Source: Lenisia limosa
Taxonomy: Eukaryota; Protista; Breviatea
Length of the DNA: 49,486 nucleotides
Direction of reading: 5' to 3'
NCBI GenBank assembly: GCA_001655205.1
Contig: LPNZ01007172.1
Span: forward strand, 1-49,486
Made by a program: the position numbers and the translations under genes. Positions 34,301 to 47,592 of this stretch are shown here, in pieces. Every line of letters begins with the position of its first letter. Within the stretch, counting starts at the first letter, position 1. The notes under the pieces are model-generated. The model had not been told where the DNA came from. It did not search any database and was given only the letters and a program-made list of their open reading frames with translations.

Positions 34301-37300
34301 NNNNNNNNNNNNNNNNNNNNNNNNNAAAATTGCAATGTAGTATATAAAATATAATATATACATATCGATATACTATATTAATATACCTACTACATACTAT
34401 ATGTAGTATATAAATATACATTTTGCTCCCAGACATAGGGACATACCCCCATTGATATATACATGATAAACATTTGAATTATGGCCTGACATACCATACA
34501 TACCCCCAAATATCGGACACACTATTTATATCATATACTATATGTATAGTCAAAGCTCCGGACATCATTCAAAATTCCCGGACACATCAAAACTCCCGGA
34601 CAGCTTGAGTTTTTCAACAAAATCACCATAAACCACCCAGAAACCCTATTTCCCTTCTGTTTTTCAAAGTAATCTCNNNNNNNNNNNNNNNNNNNNNNNN
34701 NNNNNNNNNNNNNNNNNNNNNNNNNNNNNNNNNNNNNNNNNNNNNNNNNNNNNNNNNNNNNNNNNNNNNNNNNNNNNNNNNNNNNNNNNNNNNNNNNNNN
34801 NNNNNNNNNNNNNNNNNNNNNNNNNNNNNNNNNNNNNNNNNNNNNNNNNNNNNNNNNNNNNNNNNNNNNNNNNNNNNNNNNNNNNNNNNNNNNNNNNNNN
34901 NNNNNNNNNNNNNNNNNNNNNNNNNNNNNNNNNNNNNNGAAAAAAATCCAGTGAAAAGGCAAAAGGGGGGGCCCCGGGAGACCAAATTCACGGATTTATG
35001 ACATTTTTTCTTAGGGAACATTAGGAGGTCCATTTCTCTATGTATCTGTCGAAGCATTTTTTCAAAAAACACAAGCAATGGCCTATACAAGGTGTCAACT
35101 TCAAGCTGTCCGGGAGTTTTGATGTGTCCGGGAATTTTGAATGATGTCCGGAGCTTTGAGGACCCACATATATATATACTATATGACGTTGACCCTAACT
35201 CACCAACAAGGTTGCAAATATTGACGGAGAGGCGATTACTGTGACCCCTTATGTTGATGGGGCTGACCATTGGAGGTTCGTGGAAGGCAAGAAAGATGGG
35301 CAACTAAACACTACCTCTTCTGTTACACTTCTTCAGGTCAGATCGAATGTCAGCTGTTCATCAAGTTACTGTCGCCAACAACACCTTTCATCGAATTAGC
35401 TTGAACCCTCGGTAAAGGGTGTTATGCTTATTGTATAGCAAGGTCCTGTTAATGTATAAAAGAAACTTGTTGCCATAAATTGTATTTAAACTTTGTATTT
35501 CCGCTTCGCAATAAGTCTGCTTGTATACACACTACATACATACTGTGTCTCTAACAGGTCAGACCTTCAGCTACAATGAGAATCGGACTTTCCTTTGCGA
35601 GACCTACAGGAATTAGCCTCATCGGAAATTCTATTTCAATGTGGGTTCGGTACAAAGGTGAAAACCTGTATTAGATTTCATTTTACAAACATCTATTATG
35701 ATATTATATGAAATGATATATTACATAATATACATATATATTACATAATTTACTTGAATAGGGTTGGACACAACGCAGTTCAGTTCAGCTATGGTGGTGG
35801 AACGGCTGGAGACACAAAACCTCCAAGTAGCCCGATTGAAAAGTCAATGTAAGCTACAGAGGGGGGGGGGTCTTATATTACCTTTAATTTCATTTTACAG
35901 GGGGCAAAATTTGATCCAAGGCAACTACATTGACAGGTCATGTATTCACACAACTGACTGTGGATGTATCAAGGTTAGTAGTTTGTCCTTTGATTGGTAT
36001 TACCCAAATGCTTACTGATGCCTTGGTAGTTCTGGGGGCCCACGGACAAGGACATATTCTTCGACGCTTTGGCAGTCGATAATGTCTGTACGAACTGCAT
36101 GGGATGGACGGCCCCAAGGTTGGCCTTAACGTATAGTCACCAAACGACTCTGCTGTGACTTGTAGTTATTGTTTAGTATGCAACGTGGCTATTGGGGACG
36201 TACTGGACACGGGTCATTCGGCCTCTACACCGACCTTGTTAATGGGGTGTCTTTCTTTAGGTTGGTGTATATTGCTTTTTAATCTGGTTATCTACCATGT
36301 CTTGATGTTCCTTGATGGTAACTACTTTACTTGTCCCTAAGTCTCTCGGAGAACAGTTTCTCACACTCAGGAACACAGTTTTCAACTCAATCGCAACATC
36401 ATGCATGATCCATCAGCTCGCTGGAGGAGATGGGGTTTGTGGGGGTTTTTTTTTTACTTTTTTCTTCCTTTTCACCTATCTAGGCAACATATGTGTCGAA
36501 TAATCTCTTCCTCCATTCTCGTGACGGGATTTCGGGAGCCTGGGAAGGCGTATGCGTGGTCACTTTTTACCAACTTTCACCATCAGTGGTCTCCTCGTTT
36601 TACAGTACTTAAAAAGATTTATGATTTAGGATAAAATGAAGGAGTTTGTAGTTAAAGCCAATGTGATGGCTGATCATGGGCCTGAAGCAATTCACCTCCT
36701 TGGCAAGTCTCCATACCCAACAAATAAGGTATCAAAACCACCACGATGTAAATACAAACCTAAGCGTTAACTCACACTGATTATAGTTTATTTTTGACTT
36801 TGACTCGTTTGAAGACGTAAATCAAGACAAAACTTCCTTTTACAATGGTGAGAATGGTGACAGTAACCTTCGGTTTTGATTGCATTTTGGTGTTTTTTGT
36901 TGCCCTTCTCAGATTTCACAGCCTTTCACTATCCAGGAATCTTGGTGAATTGGGGTACTGAAACCGTTACTTGGGAGACTCTTGCTGAAGGCCAATCAGC
37001 GAACGTGGAATGGCTTAAACCTGTGAGAGAATTTGATTTCATTATATAATATATTCCAAGTACTCTTTATGTATAGTATTATGTATGTGGGATATATTAC
37101 TTGTTTTATTTTTTTCCAGTTTGAGCCAAATGGAATCATGTCCACCAGTGTACTGAAAAACTACAAATACACGAGATTCCCATCTGGATACGGAGACTCG
37201 TAAGAGGGAGCCTCACACTGGGTGTAATGATGAAAAGGATCATATTGTTCTGTATTATTTATTGAATATTCTATGTTGAAATTATTTTTTCTAGAGCAAT

Positions 37301-37941
37301 CAAGACAGTTCAATACTTCAAGCCTATCGATGGCTTTGACAGCTCCGATGTAGACCTGACTGATGTATCCGCCCGCGGCCCCAGTAGCCTTGATCCTCAT
37401 ATCACATATCTCCTTAATTTGTGAGTAGGAAGGCAACACCGTCCCCGCCCCACCCCTGTCATTTACTGCTATAGATTCAGCTTATGCCACACGTGTACAA
37501 ACACCTGCTCGATTGGACCTGGTGAGTATGTCCCCCGCCACCGTAATATTTATACTATCCTTTACGTGGGTTGTTTTCACCATCCAGGTTCAATGGACTC
37601 CTGTCGACGAAGTACCCCCCAAGCGTCACTATATTCGCTTGACTCCTTGTCTCTCGACCCAAATTGTCCTTTGTATAATCAAAAAAGTTTGGAAGTTTTT
37701 TTCTTGTTTGACCTGTTAGTTGTCCCAGATACACCTTCGGATAAGTCTGAAGACAGCGACTCAATCAGCGACACCTCATCGTCGTCATCATCTTTCCTCA
37801 CGATTGCGGTCGTCGTAGTCGCAGGAGTTGCAGTTGTTGGCGCTGCAGGTAAGATTCTCTCGTTTTGGTTTCACGTTGGTAGGCTTCTTTATCGTCACCA
37901 AGACTGGTTTGAAAGAGAAGATTCCTGGTAGCTGGATCTAA
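31383..37941 (+). CDS. Type-I membrane protein with right-handed parallel beta-helix ectodomain (DUF1565/GH141-like architecture)
   Basis: Signal peptide MVFRIDILGCFSILALSLTFL; GDGSEEKPFRLIKDALAASLPGDTILIGGGIYQE; WNKWQGNIFKAT; DGMRVKNRFHIARSPN; YYVENKLAFLDTPGEYFYDKTSQELFVYP; strand repeats (IKNNVVE, VANNTFH, IQGNYIDRSCIHTTDCGCIK); S/D linker; TM FLTIAVVVVAGVAVVGAAGFFIV; tail TKTGLKEKIPGSWI*. Confidence 0.8.
33911..34510. repeat. Dispersed direct repeats of GACATACCCC(CATTG)
   Basis: Copies at 33914, 33990 and 34440, with partial copies near 34431, 34487 and 34497. Confidence 0.6.
34547..35158. mobile_element. MITE-like element with 58-bp inverted repeats in an intron of the beta-helix gene
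   Basis: 34551-34608 is the exact reverse complement of 35101-35158. TA-rich flanks; the interior is non-coding where visible and is interrupted by an N-gap. Confidence 0.8.
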
Positions 37942-37992
37942 GACGTTTTTGTTTCAACTGGGGGGGGGGGTACTATGGGAAAATGAATTGTT

Positions 37993-40900
37993 TCAAAGAT
38001 ATAAAGGTTTCAGAACACTAGGAGAAGAACGGCCGTTGGGGCTTTGTCGGCATTTTGGTGATGGGGTGGCCCTTAGCAGACAAGACACAGAAAATAATCA
38101 GGACTGCCACGATGATCATTAAGGTACACCTGGATAAGTAAGCAAGAGAGATAAGAATGCTTGAATATAGCTTTACTATGATATACTAGGGGGGAACTGG
38201 ATAAAATCAGGGGGGATAAAAACATAATCAGCCCACCCAAAAGTGAGAGTCAGAATAAACCAAAAAGGCAAAGGAAGGCCATAAAGACGAACAATGAAGG
38301 TGGACTCCAAGTCACAGAAACTAAAGAGATAAAAAAATTTTGAGCAAAAAAGAGTTTCACCGGTGGCAGATAATGCAATATAGACGACCCCCCCCCCTCT
38401 TTCTCGCTCTCTCTCTCCCCACCTCTCAGTTTCAACGTTGCGAGTGCGAATTCGAATTCTAAAATAAATTTCGGGTAGCCCTCCAAGGTACCGTGGAAAA
38501 ACGCTTCCGCATGGGGATGAAAATGGACAATACCAATCAACTGAACAAGTCAAAAAGCAAAAGGGGGTTATACAGATTTAAAAGAGTGGTCAACAAAAAC
38601 AAAAATACAAGTTTCATACTTTCGTTATCTGTAGATTGGAACACATTTTCATCTCTGGTCCAAATACTGTCTGATCCCAAATTGAAACGTTCAACATCAT
38701 CGTAGCTCAAATCACTGAATAATTAGAGTAGTTGAGTCAGAGGACAATGACCCCCCCTCCCCTCACATCATCTCTTCAGGAGTTGAGCCATATGATACTA
38801 CATGAACTTCGTAGCGATCTTCGTAGACCCTGAAGCGATAAAGAGGGTTACGTAGTAATTCTAGGAAGAGGTTCATCACAAAAGCAAACACGCTTGTATT
38901 GGTTCTCTCGTCGTGTATCATGATAACAGGGCTGAATGGCAGGTAAAAGTAGAGACATGTCACATCATATGAATCCTGGAGAGTTACAAGTGCATTCAAT
39001 GGCAGAGAGGGAGGATTTGACTCACGTCGCAGTTATGGCTTGAGCCTTCCTTGCTGAGGTCTGGACTGAATGATAGTGATCTGCCTGGGGGACAGCTACA
39101 ATGTCACAGGTGGGTTTGGGAATTCCTAAATACTCTGAATCCAACGGACAAACCCTGTTCGAATTCTAACTTCGAGTGGTAAATTCTCATGGTCCTCATC
39201 CTGGCTTGACTGATAGAGACAAGACAGCGTGCTGAGAGAGTAAGCGGCATCAAGATCACTCATAATCTGCTCCAATGAGCTGACCTGTTTACAAAAGAGA
39301 TACTTAGAGCAGAATTTGTGAGGTCAACACCACTTTGTGAATATCCAAGGTCTAAGAAGGTTAAGAACACAGATTCAAACACATATTCTAGCTACCAACC
39401 TGTCGGTGTTCTTGACTCCTGAATCTCAAGGTCCACTGTCACCTTTGTTTGCTTCATATTTGACTTCGAAATAACCCTTAAATGATGATTCTCGGACTGA
39501 AAGTAACACATGTAAAACGATAAATAGTTTTCCCCACATACGACACGTTCATTCCAGTGGGAGGAGTAAAACGGAAGTGTAATATGGGGTTGTTGTCAAG
39601 AACACTGGCCGCGGCAGGAGTGTCAAACTCAAAGTGTAGCGACAGTGCCTGTGGGGAAATTTCAAAAAGAGCGAAATAAAGAAAGGCGTCAATCAAGGTG
39701 GGAAGAAAAAGGTGTTTAAGCGACCACTAACCTCATTATAGTTTAAGCTTGAGACCAAATGACCACTATTAGGTACATAGTTCACTACATTGGCTCTAGG
39801 ATATCAGTGACAGTAGAATCCTTCATCGGGTTAGTATGTTAGAGAAGTGACAAGTACGAACGGTAACCTACATAGCACTGATGTTTGAAGCTTCAATAGA
39901 AACTGTCGCTGTAGTATAAGGGCAACTTTGCCCTAATAATGCAGATTTCCGCAGCACCTAATTAATAATTTTAGATGGTATCACACTATTTACGACAAAA
40001 AAAAGAAGAGAGAGGGCATCTGTTTGCCAACCTCTCGAGTGATCACGGAGCGTAAACCAGTCAATCTCGCAATGCCATCTTGAGGTATGAGAAAGAATGA
40101 CATTAATTGCTGTAATGATAGTATCATGTACAACTTGAATAAACTAGATTGTATCATTTATGGTTTGAAATTTTCTACTTGAATGAATGCAGTCCGCTGA
40201 CATACCTGATGTTTGGACAAAGAGAGAAAGGTCTCCATTCCTGTTAAAAGAAGGCACCGCAGGAAGTTGATCTAGAGAGTTGTGAACATTCTCTTGGTTC
40301 TCAAAAGCACAACAAAAAGGCAATCAAACCTTCAGGAAGAGGGTCTGTGACAGACAAAAGTGAAAGCAGTGTGTCAGCACCAAGCCAAATCTAAAATGTT
40401 AATAGACCTTACCCTTTTATCGCAAACCTGTCCATTGTCGGACACAAAACAGAATTCAGCCTGTGCAGTTGACGCGAAAGATGTGAACTTCCCCAATTCT
40501 AAAGAACGGAGAACTGTCCAGGTGTGGCCGCCTGGTGAATTAATCAAGAAAACCCCATTTTTGCAAAACCAAAAACACATTAACTATACAAAGCCTTTTT
40601 AGTTTCCTATCCTTGGTGCATACCATCAGGGGAGAGGAGAGCAGCCGATTCACCGTAAGCAACCAATGTTGGTGACAACATGTGTGTTAAGGAAATATGA
40701 TGGACTTTAGACGGAATACCTACAGACATGGGTAAATAATGCTTTCAGACGGGGACGCGGGGCGGGGATATCCAGTATGTGAACCATATTACCCCACCAG
40801 AGTCGTATCGCATCTCATTGAGAAGTGCCCGAGGCTTGTACTGACCACTGACAAGACATTCGCCATAAGACTCCTAACGTTTCGTGAATTTGGAGGGGCA

Positions 40901-43685
40901 ACTCTTCTATTGGACAACATAGCCCCACAAACGTAGGTATCACCATATGACGTGGCACTGGAAGTTTCATGTTGGGCACAGGAGGAAACTAAACTATAAT
41001 AACTTTGCCAGAACATTTTAGCCCAAGTAAATATAATTAAACTCATAAAATACCTTGAATGAATGGTGGAAGGAAAGATATCACTTTGAAGGATTTCTCT
41101 GATAAATCATATTCCACCATTAAAGTGAGGTCGCATCTGAGGAGTTAACGTGGAGGAAAGGATCCTGAAAACGTGTTTAAGAGTTGTTTGTGAAAAATGC
41201 AACCTTATTAAACGCTTCACTACACTTAAGAAAAATATTCTCATCTTACTATATATCATTAATAGTATGGTATGCCAAATGTAATATACTATACGATATG
41301 TATATATGATATGTATGTTGTACTATATGATAGGATCACATGTTATGTTAATTTCGTGAATTGAAAAGAGAATTCAAACCCAAACCTACTCTGGTAAGAC
41401 ATTGACCGCAATGATAAGACCAGGGAGTGAGGCCCCAACAACAACATCGACTATTTCAACGCCTAACGCTCCTCCTGGCCACAATGTTGCTCCCCCTTTG
41501 CTGGCCACTCCACTTTGAACCTGAAAAATATTATCAAAAATAGGAAAGAGAAGCAGCCAAGTCTGAAAAAAGCCCATCAAAACATTGAAGCCCAAAAGCG
41601 TTAGACACTAACCGATTGTGCAGTGAGTCCACCAGGTAATACTGTCTCCTGGCCATCCACCCAATTGGCCAAATAATCAGAAAGAGTTTCTTGTTGATCA
41701 TTTATGACCTCTTCTTCGAGGTGCATCTAACAGTTAGTTTTACACACGAACATGTTCGTCCAACTTTCAGGGTGTCAAAGAATGGCGGTAGGGTGTAGTA
41801 CCTTCTTCCTGGTGTGTAGTATAACTTTGAAAGCGTTGCTATCACAGTACGCCCAACAAATCCCTCAACCTATTTGATGAGATAAATACGGTAATAAATT
41901 CACTGAGAATATGGAGACAAAATATCCCAATGGCACCCACCCCAGTATTCGAATATTCTTGGGGTTCCATTTTAACGCGCAATGGAGTGGTATCCAAAAC
42001 ATTCACCCGCAGAGTGTTGGAATCAGTCCAAGAATTCGGAAGGCCAGCATCAATGTTCTTTTCGTGGACAATCTCATTCCAGAAAGAGTAGTCATGGACG
42101 GGGTTCTCATATTCCAAGAATTCCAGTCCGTTTTTAGAAGACATAAACGTTCCAAATATGTCCTTACTTAACACTAAACGAAATGAGTGGAGGAATACCA
42201 ACCACCAACCAGGTGCAGGAAGAGCAGGGTGGCCACATGTCCCTGAAGATGGTGCAGGAATTCTTCCTCCCTTCATTATTATTATCACATTGTGAGATGA
42301 CTATACGCATAATATACATACATTTGCTATATAATTATGCATATACTATTATATTAATATGATATACAAAAATGAGAAATAAAAACAAGGCTCTATTTGT
42401 GCAATCTTAATAATTACAGCAACTCACTGGTGAAAGAACAGCATCAGTCGACCTCACAGGACTGTAAATAATTGATGTACTTTCTGAACTATCCTGCTGT
42501 GTTAGAAAAGCAAAAAAAAAAAACTGAGCAGAAAAAGTGCACAACCACCATACTTGAACTGCAATGTTTAAAACAGGGCTTGTAATTTCACTACCGAAGA
42601 GAAGTATTGTTGATGCACGATCGACTAAATATTCAGAAAAATTGAAGATTTGAGTGGCAAAAATAAGCGAGTCAAACCTGGATAAATAGTTGATGATGGT
42701 GAGTCAAATATGGGCTCTGCATCAAGAGAGGAGAGCACACTGACTGTGATACGACTGTTTTGAGTTAACAGAAAATTCAACGTATCCATATTTCCAAGAG
42801 CAAATTACCCTCCCACCTTGAGATAGGCTTTAAAGATGGGGTGCTAATGCCAATTGGTTGAACTGAAAAAGACTGGCTAGTAAAAAGAGAGCATCAACAG
42901 CCATGTGCGGAAATTAATTTTAAAACTTAAACAAATGCGACAGCACTGAAAGATTCTTTAGCAACCCCTCTTACAAATACACCAGGAGCACAAGCTTTGA
43001 AAGGGATGTACCATGCCTCTCCAGGTACATGAGCTAAAAGGGTTTAAAAGGGGGAAATGATGGTACCACATTGGTTACACCACCCACTTGTCTTCCATGT
43101 TTGGAGTGTTATTCTAGTGTCACAGGGGTTGGTTGAGTCAGCGGTCAGTGTTGGGAATAAGCCTAAGTAGATCACAAGAATCGCAGATTCATTATGTGCG
43201 GTTTAGCAGAAGTAACTAACATATTCTACAAATACATACTTGTAAACATTCTCATTACATATCCCATTTTGCTCCATATAAACTTGATGCCCTTCATGGG
43301 TCCAACCTAGTTTACTGAACGTTGATGTGGCATCAGCTGATGAGTCAGCCTGAAGCGTAACAAGCACATATGAGATCAGCTTACTTGAACATGATTGTCA
43401 CCCCTACCGTTGTCAACATAACTTTCATGAAATATACAGAGCTTGAAAGGGGGACAACTGAGAGCTTGGAGTCATAATCCACGATATCTGCTTTCCTACA
43501 ATTGTAAATGATGAACATAATCGATAAAAGAATGATGTTGCTGATAACAAAAAAAAATACCCACCCCCTAACCATGAACACAGCTGCTGTGAGGCAGTTG
43601 CTGCATGGAAGTGGCCCAAAATCAGAACATTGATGAACAAGCTCACTGGGAGGACCAAATAAGGCCAGAATTGTCCTTTTATCAT
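37993..43685 (-). CDS. Large single-pass (type-I) membrane protein of unknown family
   Basis: Signal peptide MIKGQFWPYLVLPVSLFINVLILGHFHAATA; many in-frame GT-AG exons rich in beta-strand-like, S/T-rich sequence; C-terminal TM FWFILTLTFGCTLMIIVAVLIIFCVL then SAKGHPITKMPTKPNGRSSPSVLKPLYL*. Not every internal junction was resolved. Confidence 0.7.
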
Positions 43686-44166
43686 CTGGAACATTTTTAA
43701 AAAGAATAGAACACCAAAAAAAGACAACTCATTATTTACCTGAACTTCACTTGCAAAACAACACCATTGAGGTGCAGACGGATGAGGATTCAGTAAAAAA
43801 TTTGGTGGTGGGAGTGGTGTGAACAACGTGGTGAGTTTAAGCAAGGGCTTTGGATGGTGATGAAGTGTGTGCGCGGGGGGGGGGGTCGCTTTCTAACGAA
43901 GACCAATGTGCCCGTTTCTTCGTTTCTCTTTCTCTTGTTGATGCAGATTGGAAGAAAGGAAGAAAAAGGGCAAAAGGAAGAAAAGGGAAGGAGAGGGGAG
44001 GCGCGGTGACTCAGAGCCGGGGCAAATGTTGACATTTTTACGTTCTGCATCTCAGAATAACAACGATACTGTGCAACAATACAAATAGGAAATATATTTG
44101 TAAGAACTAAATATACCATAATTAGACAAATAAACCTCGAAAACCTCAACAATCTAATAATACTAT

Positions 44167-47100
44167 CTACTTCTTAGTGTGTTTCTTCTTAAGATGTTTT
44201 TTCAACTTAGTCTTCCTCTGTTCCCTCGCAGCTTCTTTCACAGCCTTCTTATACTCCTGAAAAGAAGGGGGAAGGTTAGAAGTTCGTGGGTGAAATGAAA
44301 TTTTGTGCAATACCAGCTGTCATCCTACCTTTCTCTCATCTTTGTCAAGGGTCTTGAGGCTCTGACTTCCTAAATTTAACACTTTGGACTTTCCTTCATC
44401 ATCTTCATCCTCATCCTCAACCTCCTCCTCGTAATCTTCATCTTCCATATCCGCATTTCTTTTTTCCCTTGTCTTTCTGTTTTTTGCTCTCCTTTTCTCT
44501 TCTTCCTCCTGCACCTTCTTGCGCTTTTCTTCAAGTTTAAGCGCCTTCTTGGTCTTTCCAGAGTCTTGCCCAATATCCTTAAACAATTATTATTATTTTG
44601 TTTAAAAAAAAAAAAAACGAAAACCACCGTTGAATGCCCCCTCCCCCCAACATCAAGAGGTTTCAAATCTGCACCCAAGCCAGTAACTTTAGCGTAGATA
44701 AACTAGGAGGTAAGGATGTTTACAATAGAAATAAGCAACTGCCAAAAAAAATAAATATATATTTGGTATCACCCCCCCCCACGTCCTTTTCTCCATCACC
44801 GGTTGCTTTGTTGACATCCCTTTCAGTATCGAAAATATCGTCCAATGTTCGAGGAATGTAGGACTTCAGGAACACCTAGGGAGTTAAGGGGGGAGGGGCA
44901 CGCAGCATGTGATAAGGGTCACAATAAAGCTCTTTCCTTAATAAAACAACGCCTACTTGTTCGTCAACTTCTTCTGCATCATTCAGCGGTCTGTTCTCCA
45001 GAGTTTCACGGATCTGATCAATGAAAAATAAAATAAAAACGTAATATTCTAAGAATTATAAAACGCGAGCCGGAGGGGGGGGAGGGTGGTAAAATTGGAA
45101 TAGAAATTACCATAATAAACTCTAAAGAGGGGAGGGGAGGTAAAAGGAAATAGTTGATCTCACGTGGGTGTAGCCCCCCTCCCCCTTATTTGGGAAAAAA
45201 GAGGAGGAAAGCTATGTACCACCAATGTGGGATACACTTCTAATACTGAGTCCATGCCTACGTCATCCAAAACGCCATCAGCAGCGTCATCCTTAATCGA
45301 CACATCCACAATGAAATCGAAGAGTTGTCGGAGAGGAATTGTCATAGCTCCTTTCTTACGAATGTGAGTAATGATATTATCAGCTGCAATAGTTGAGACA
45401 GCTGTGAATGTGATATTGTTAGTTTCAAATTACAAGCCCACATTGTAATATAAGGCGTTATATCATGCATAAAATACATTATATATTTAAAACCCAACCT
45501 TTTTGAAGAAATTGGTGACATTCACGATGTCCATTCTGAGGAATTCAAGAGCATGTGGATGGTTATGCTCAACAGACTGTGAAACGTCGATAATGTAAAC
45601 AACTCCATCGAGATAGCTGGGTGGATAAAGAAATTGCTTTGCTGAACAAAATAATCTTCAACTTGGAAAAACAAAGGTAGATTCCACTACAAAAGAAATG
45701 AGTTGTTATTACGCCATATCACATGCATGACGTATTCTATAGTAAGCTCACAGCATGTTGTATTCGGACAAATCAGCATGAACGAGGTTACACGACTGAT
45801 ACATTGTGCGCATGTGCTTAACGACCTGGGGAATCAGTTTTTTTTTGCTTTTCCGCTTCTTATCCATTTATATCATGGTTATCCATTTATATCATTGAAA
45901 AACCCTCACCTGGAGATACGCACTGGCCAATTTTGACTTTGACATCGTGGCGTCCTTTAACCTAGAAGCTGCCCTGGGAGAAATAAGAAGAGTGCATCAG
46001 TACACAACAGATTATAAACGCAAACGTGCCCTACCATCCATCAACACCAATGAACTCCATAACCAAAACATGCTTGTTGAGAAGAATAGGATGAGGACAA
46101 GGGATGTTGCCAATCTCAAGTCTAAAAAGTGAAATCTGAAACATCATATAAATCAAAAAGTTGCCTTTCATTTCAGAAGCTCACCTTAAGAGGTTTCTGA
46201 ACTCCTTTTCTGCCCAGGTCTGTACCATTTTACGTGGGTTACTCTTGTTGTAGCCGTGACGGAAGCGGTATTCACCGTTTACATAACGTTCCCTGTCCTT
46301 GAATACCAGAATTGAAGTTTTGTATACCTGAGGGGAGGAGGAGTAAAAATAAAAAAATTATGAAGAGGGGGGGGGGGAGTAAAACGAAGGAAATGGGGGG
46401 GGGGTTANNNNNNNNNNNNNNNNNNNNNNNNNNNNNNNNNNNNNNNNNNNNNNNNNNNNNNNNNNNNNNNAATTGCTAATTCAGTAGACTCACCAGTTGC
46501 ATGATAAACATTTGCCTACGAGATTAGTACAATCATAACAGCAAAGTCCCACCTCTTTTCCGGTTGATATACAACCATTGATCTCTTTAATCTGACCCTT
46601 GTTGATCATATTGAAAATGATCATGCGAGTCCTGGGATCCAACACCTGTTCTGTAGTGGCACGATCCGACTTATCTGACGTGCGAATGCTGAGTAGTCAT
46701 CTTCATAAACCAAACTACCAAGATGTGATATTACTCCAAAAAAAAAGTATCCATCAGGAGATATCAACCATCAAAATGTAACCATTTCTCTCGCACCGTT
46801 CCTTGTCAGATTTCTTCTCTGAACGAATAATGTCATTTTTTACCGAGTGCTCGGCACTACCCATGCCGCCCAAAGCTGAAGAGTCCAGACGATTCACATT
46901 AATCTGTGATGTGAAATTGAACCAAATATCTGGGACAAAAAAGTAGCATAATCAATTAAATAGACGAAAATAACAAAAAACGAGGTGTTTTATAACAACC
47001 ATTAATTCAAAGAAGAATAACATAATTCAAATTAAGCAATGAAAGATTGACTTCAGTCTCACTCCCACCCACTCGCTCATAATATTTATCTGCATCTTCC

Positions 47101-47379
47101 TAAAATGAATGAATGTAAGGAAGGTTAAGAAGAACGCTACCTTGTTGAAAGCACGCGATTTATTGTTCCTTCCACCATTTGCGTTTGGCTTGGCTAATGT
47201 CAATTTGCTCGTTAAATCTAGAGGTTATATAAGTAAAATAGTTTAACAACGAGCCTACTGCCACCAGGGCACTTCTCATTCCAGTCGGCAGTGAAGTTGT
47301 AGGCATCCTCCTCGATTTCTGAGTCCTCAGAGTAGTCCTCCTCATAATAATCATCGTGTTCCTCAACTTCCATAGTCAT
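44167..47379 (-). CDS. RIOK1: RIO1 atypical serine kinase
   Basis: [114 protein letters not shown], basic C-terminus [13 protein letters not shown]. Confidence 0.95.
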
Positions 47380-47592
47380 AAAGGGCTTTTCGGAGACAAA
47401 AGAACATTTTTTGTGAAGTGATCATGGATCTAAAAATTTGGCTGATGCCTGAGAAATCCCCGCTCCAGTGTCCAGCCCAAGTTCCCGGCTCGGGGAATGA
47501 GAAATCAAGGACTGAAGTGAGAGCTGTGGGGCCTGTGGTGCTGTGGTGTGTTTTAGAGAAGTGTGTGTTCAGTAAAATAGGGTAAATCTAAA
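47380..47592. promoter_or_regulatory. Putative bidirectional promoter, RIO1 / FPPS
   Basis: 213 bp between divergent ATGs. Confidence 0.5.

Noticed and set aside
21020-42365. TA/CATAT-rich patches in longer introns (about 21030, 34340, 35700, 41290, 42310)
   Set aside because: Low-complexity microsatellite-like sequence with no definable unit or boundaries.
42421-42429. aactcactg match to the Tc1 TIR end
   Set aside because: Only 9 nt, no TA flank, and it coincides with a GTGAGT splice donor on the minus strand.
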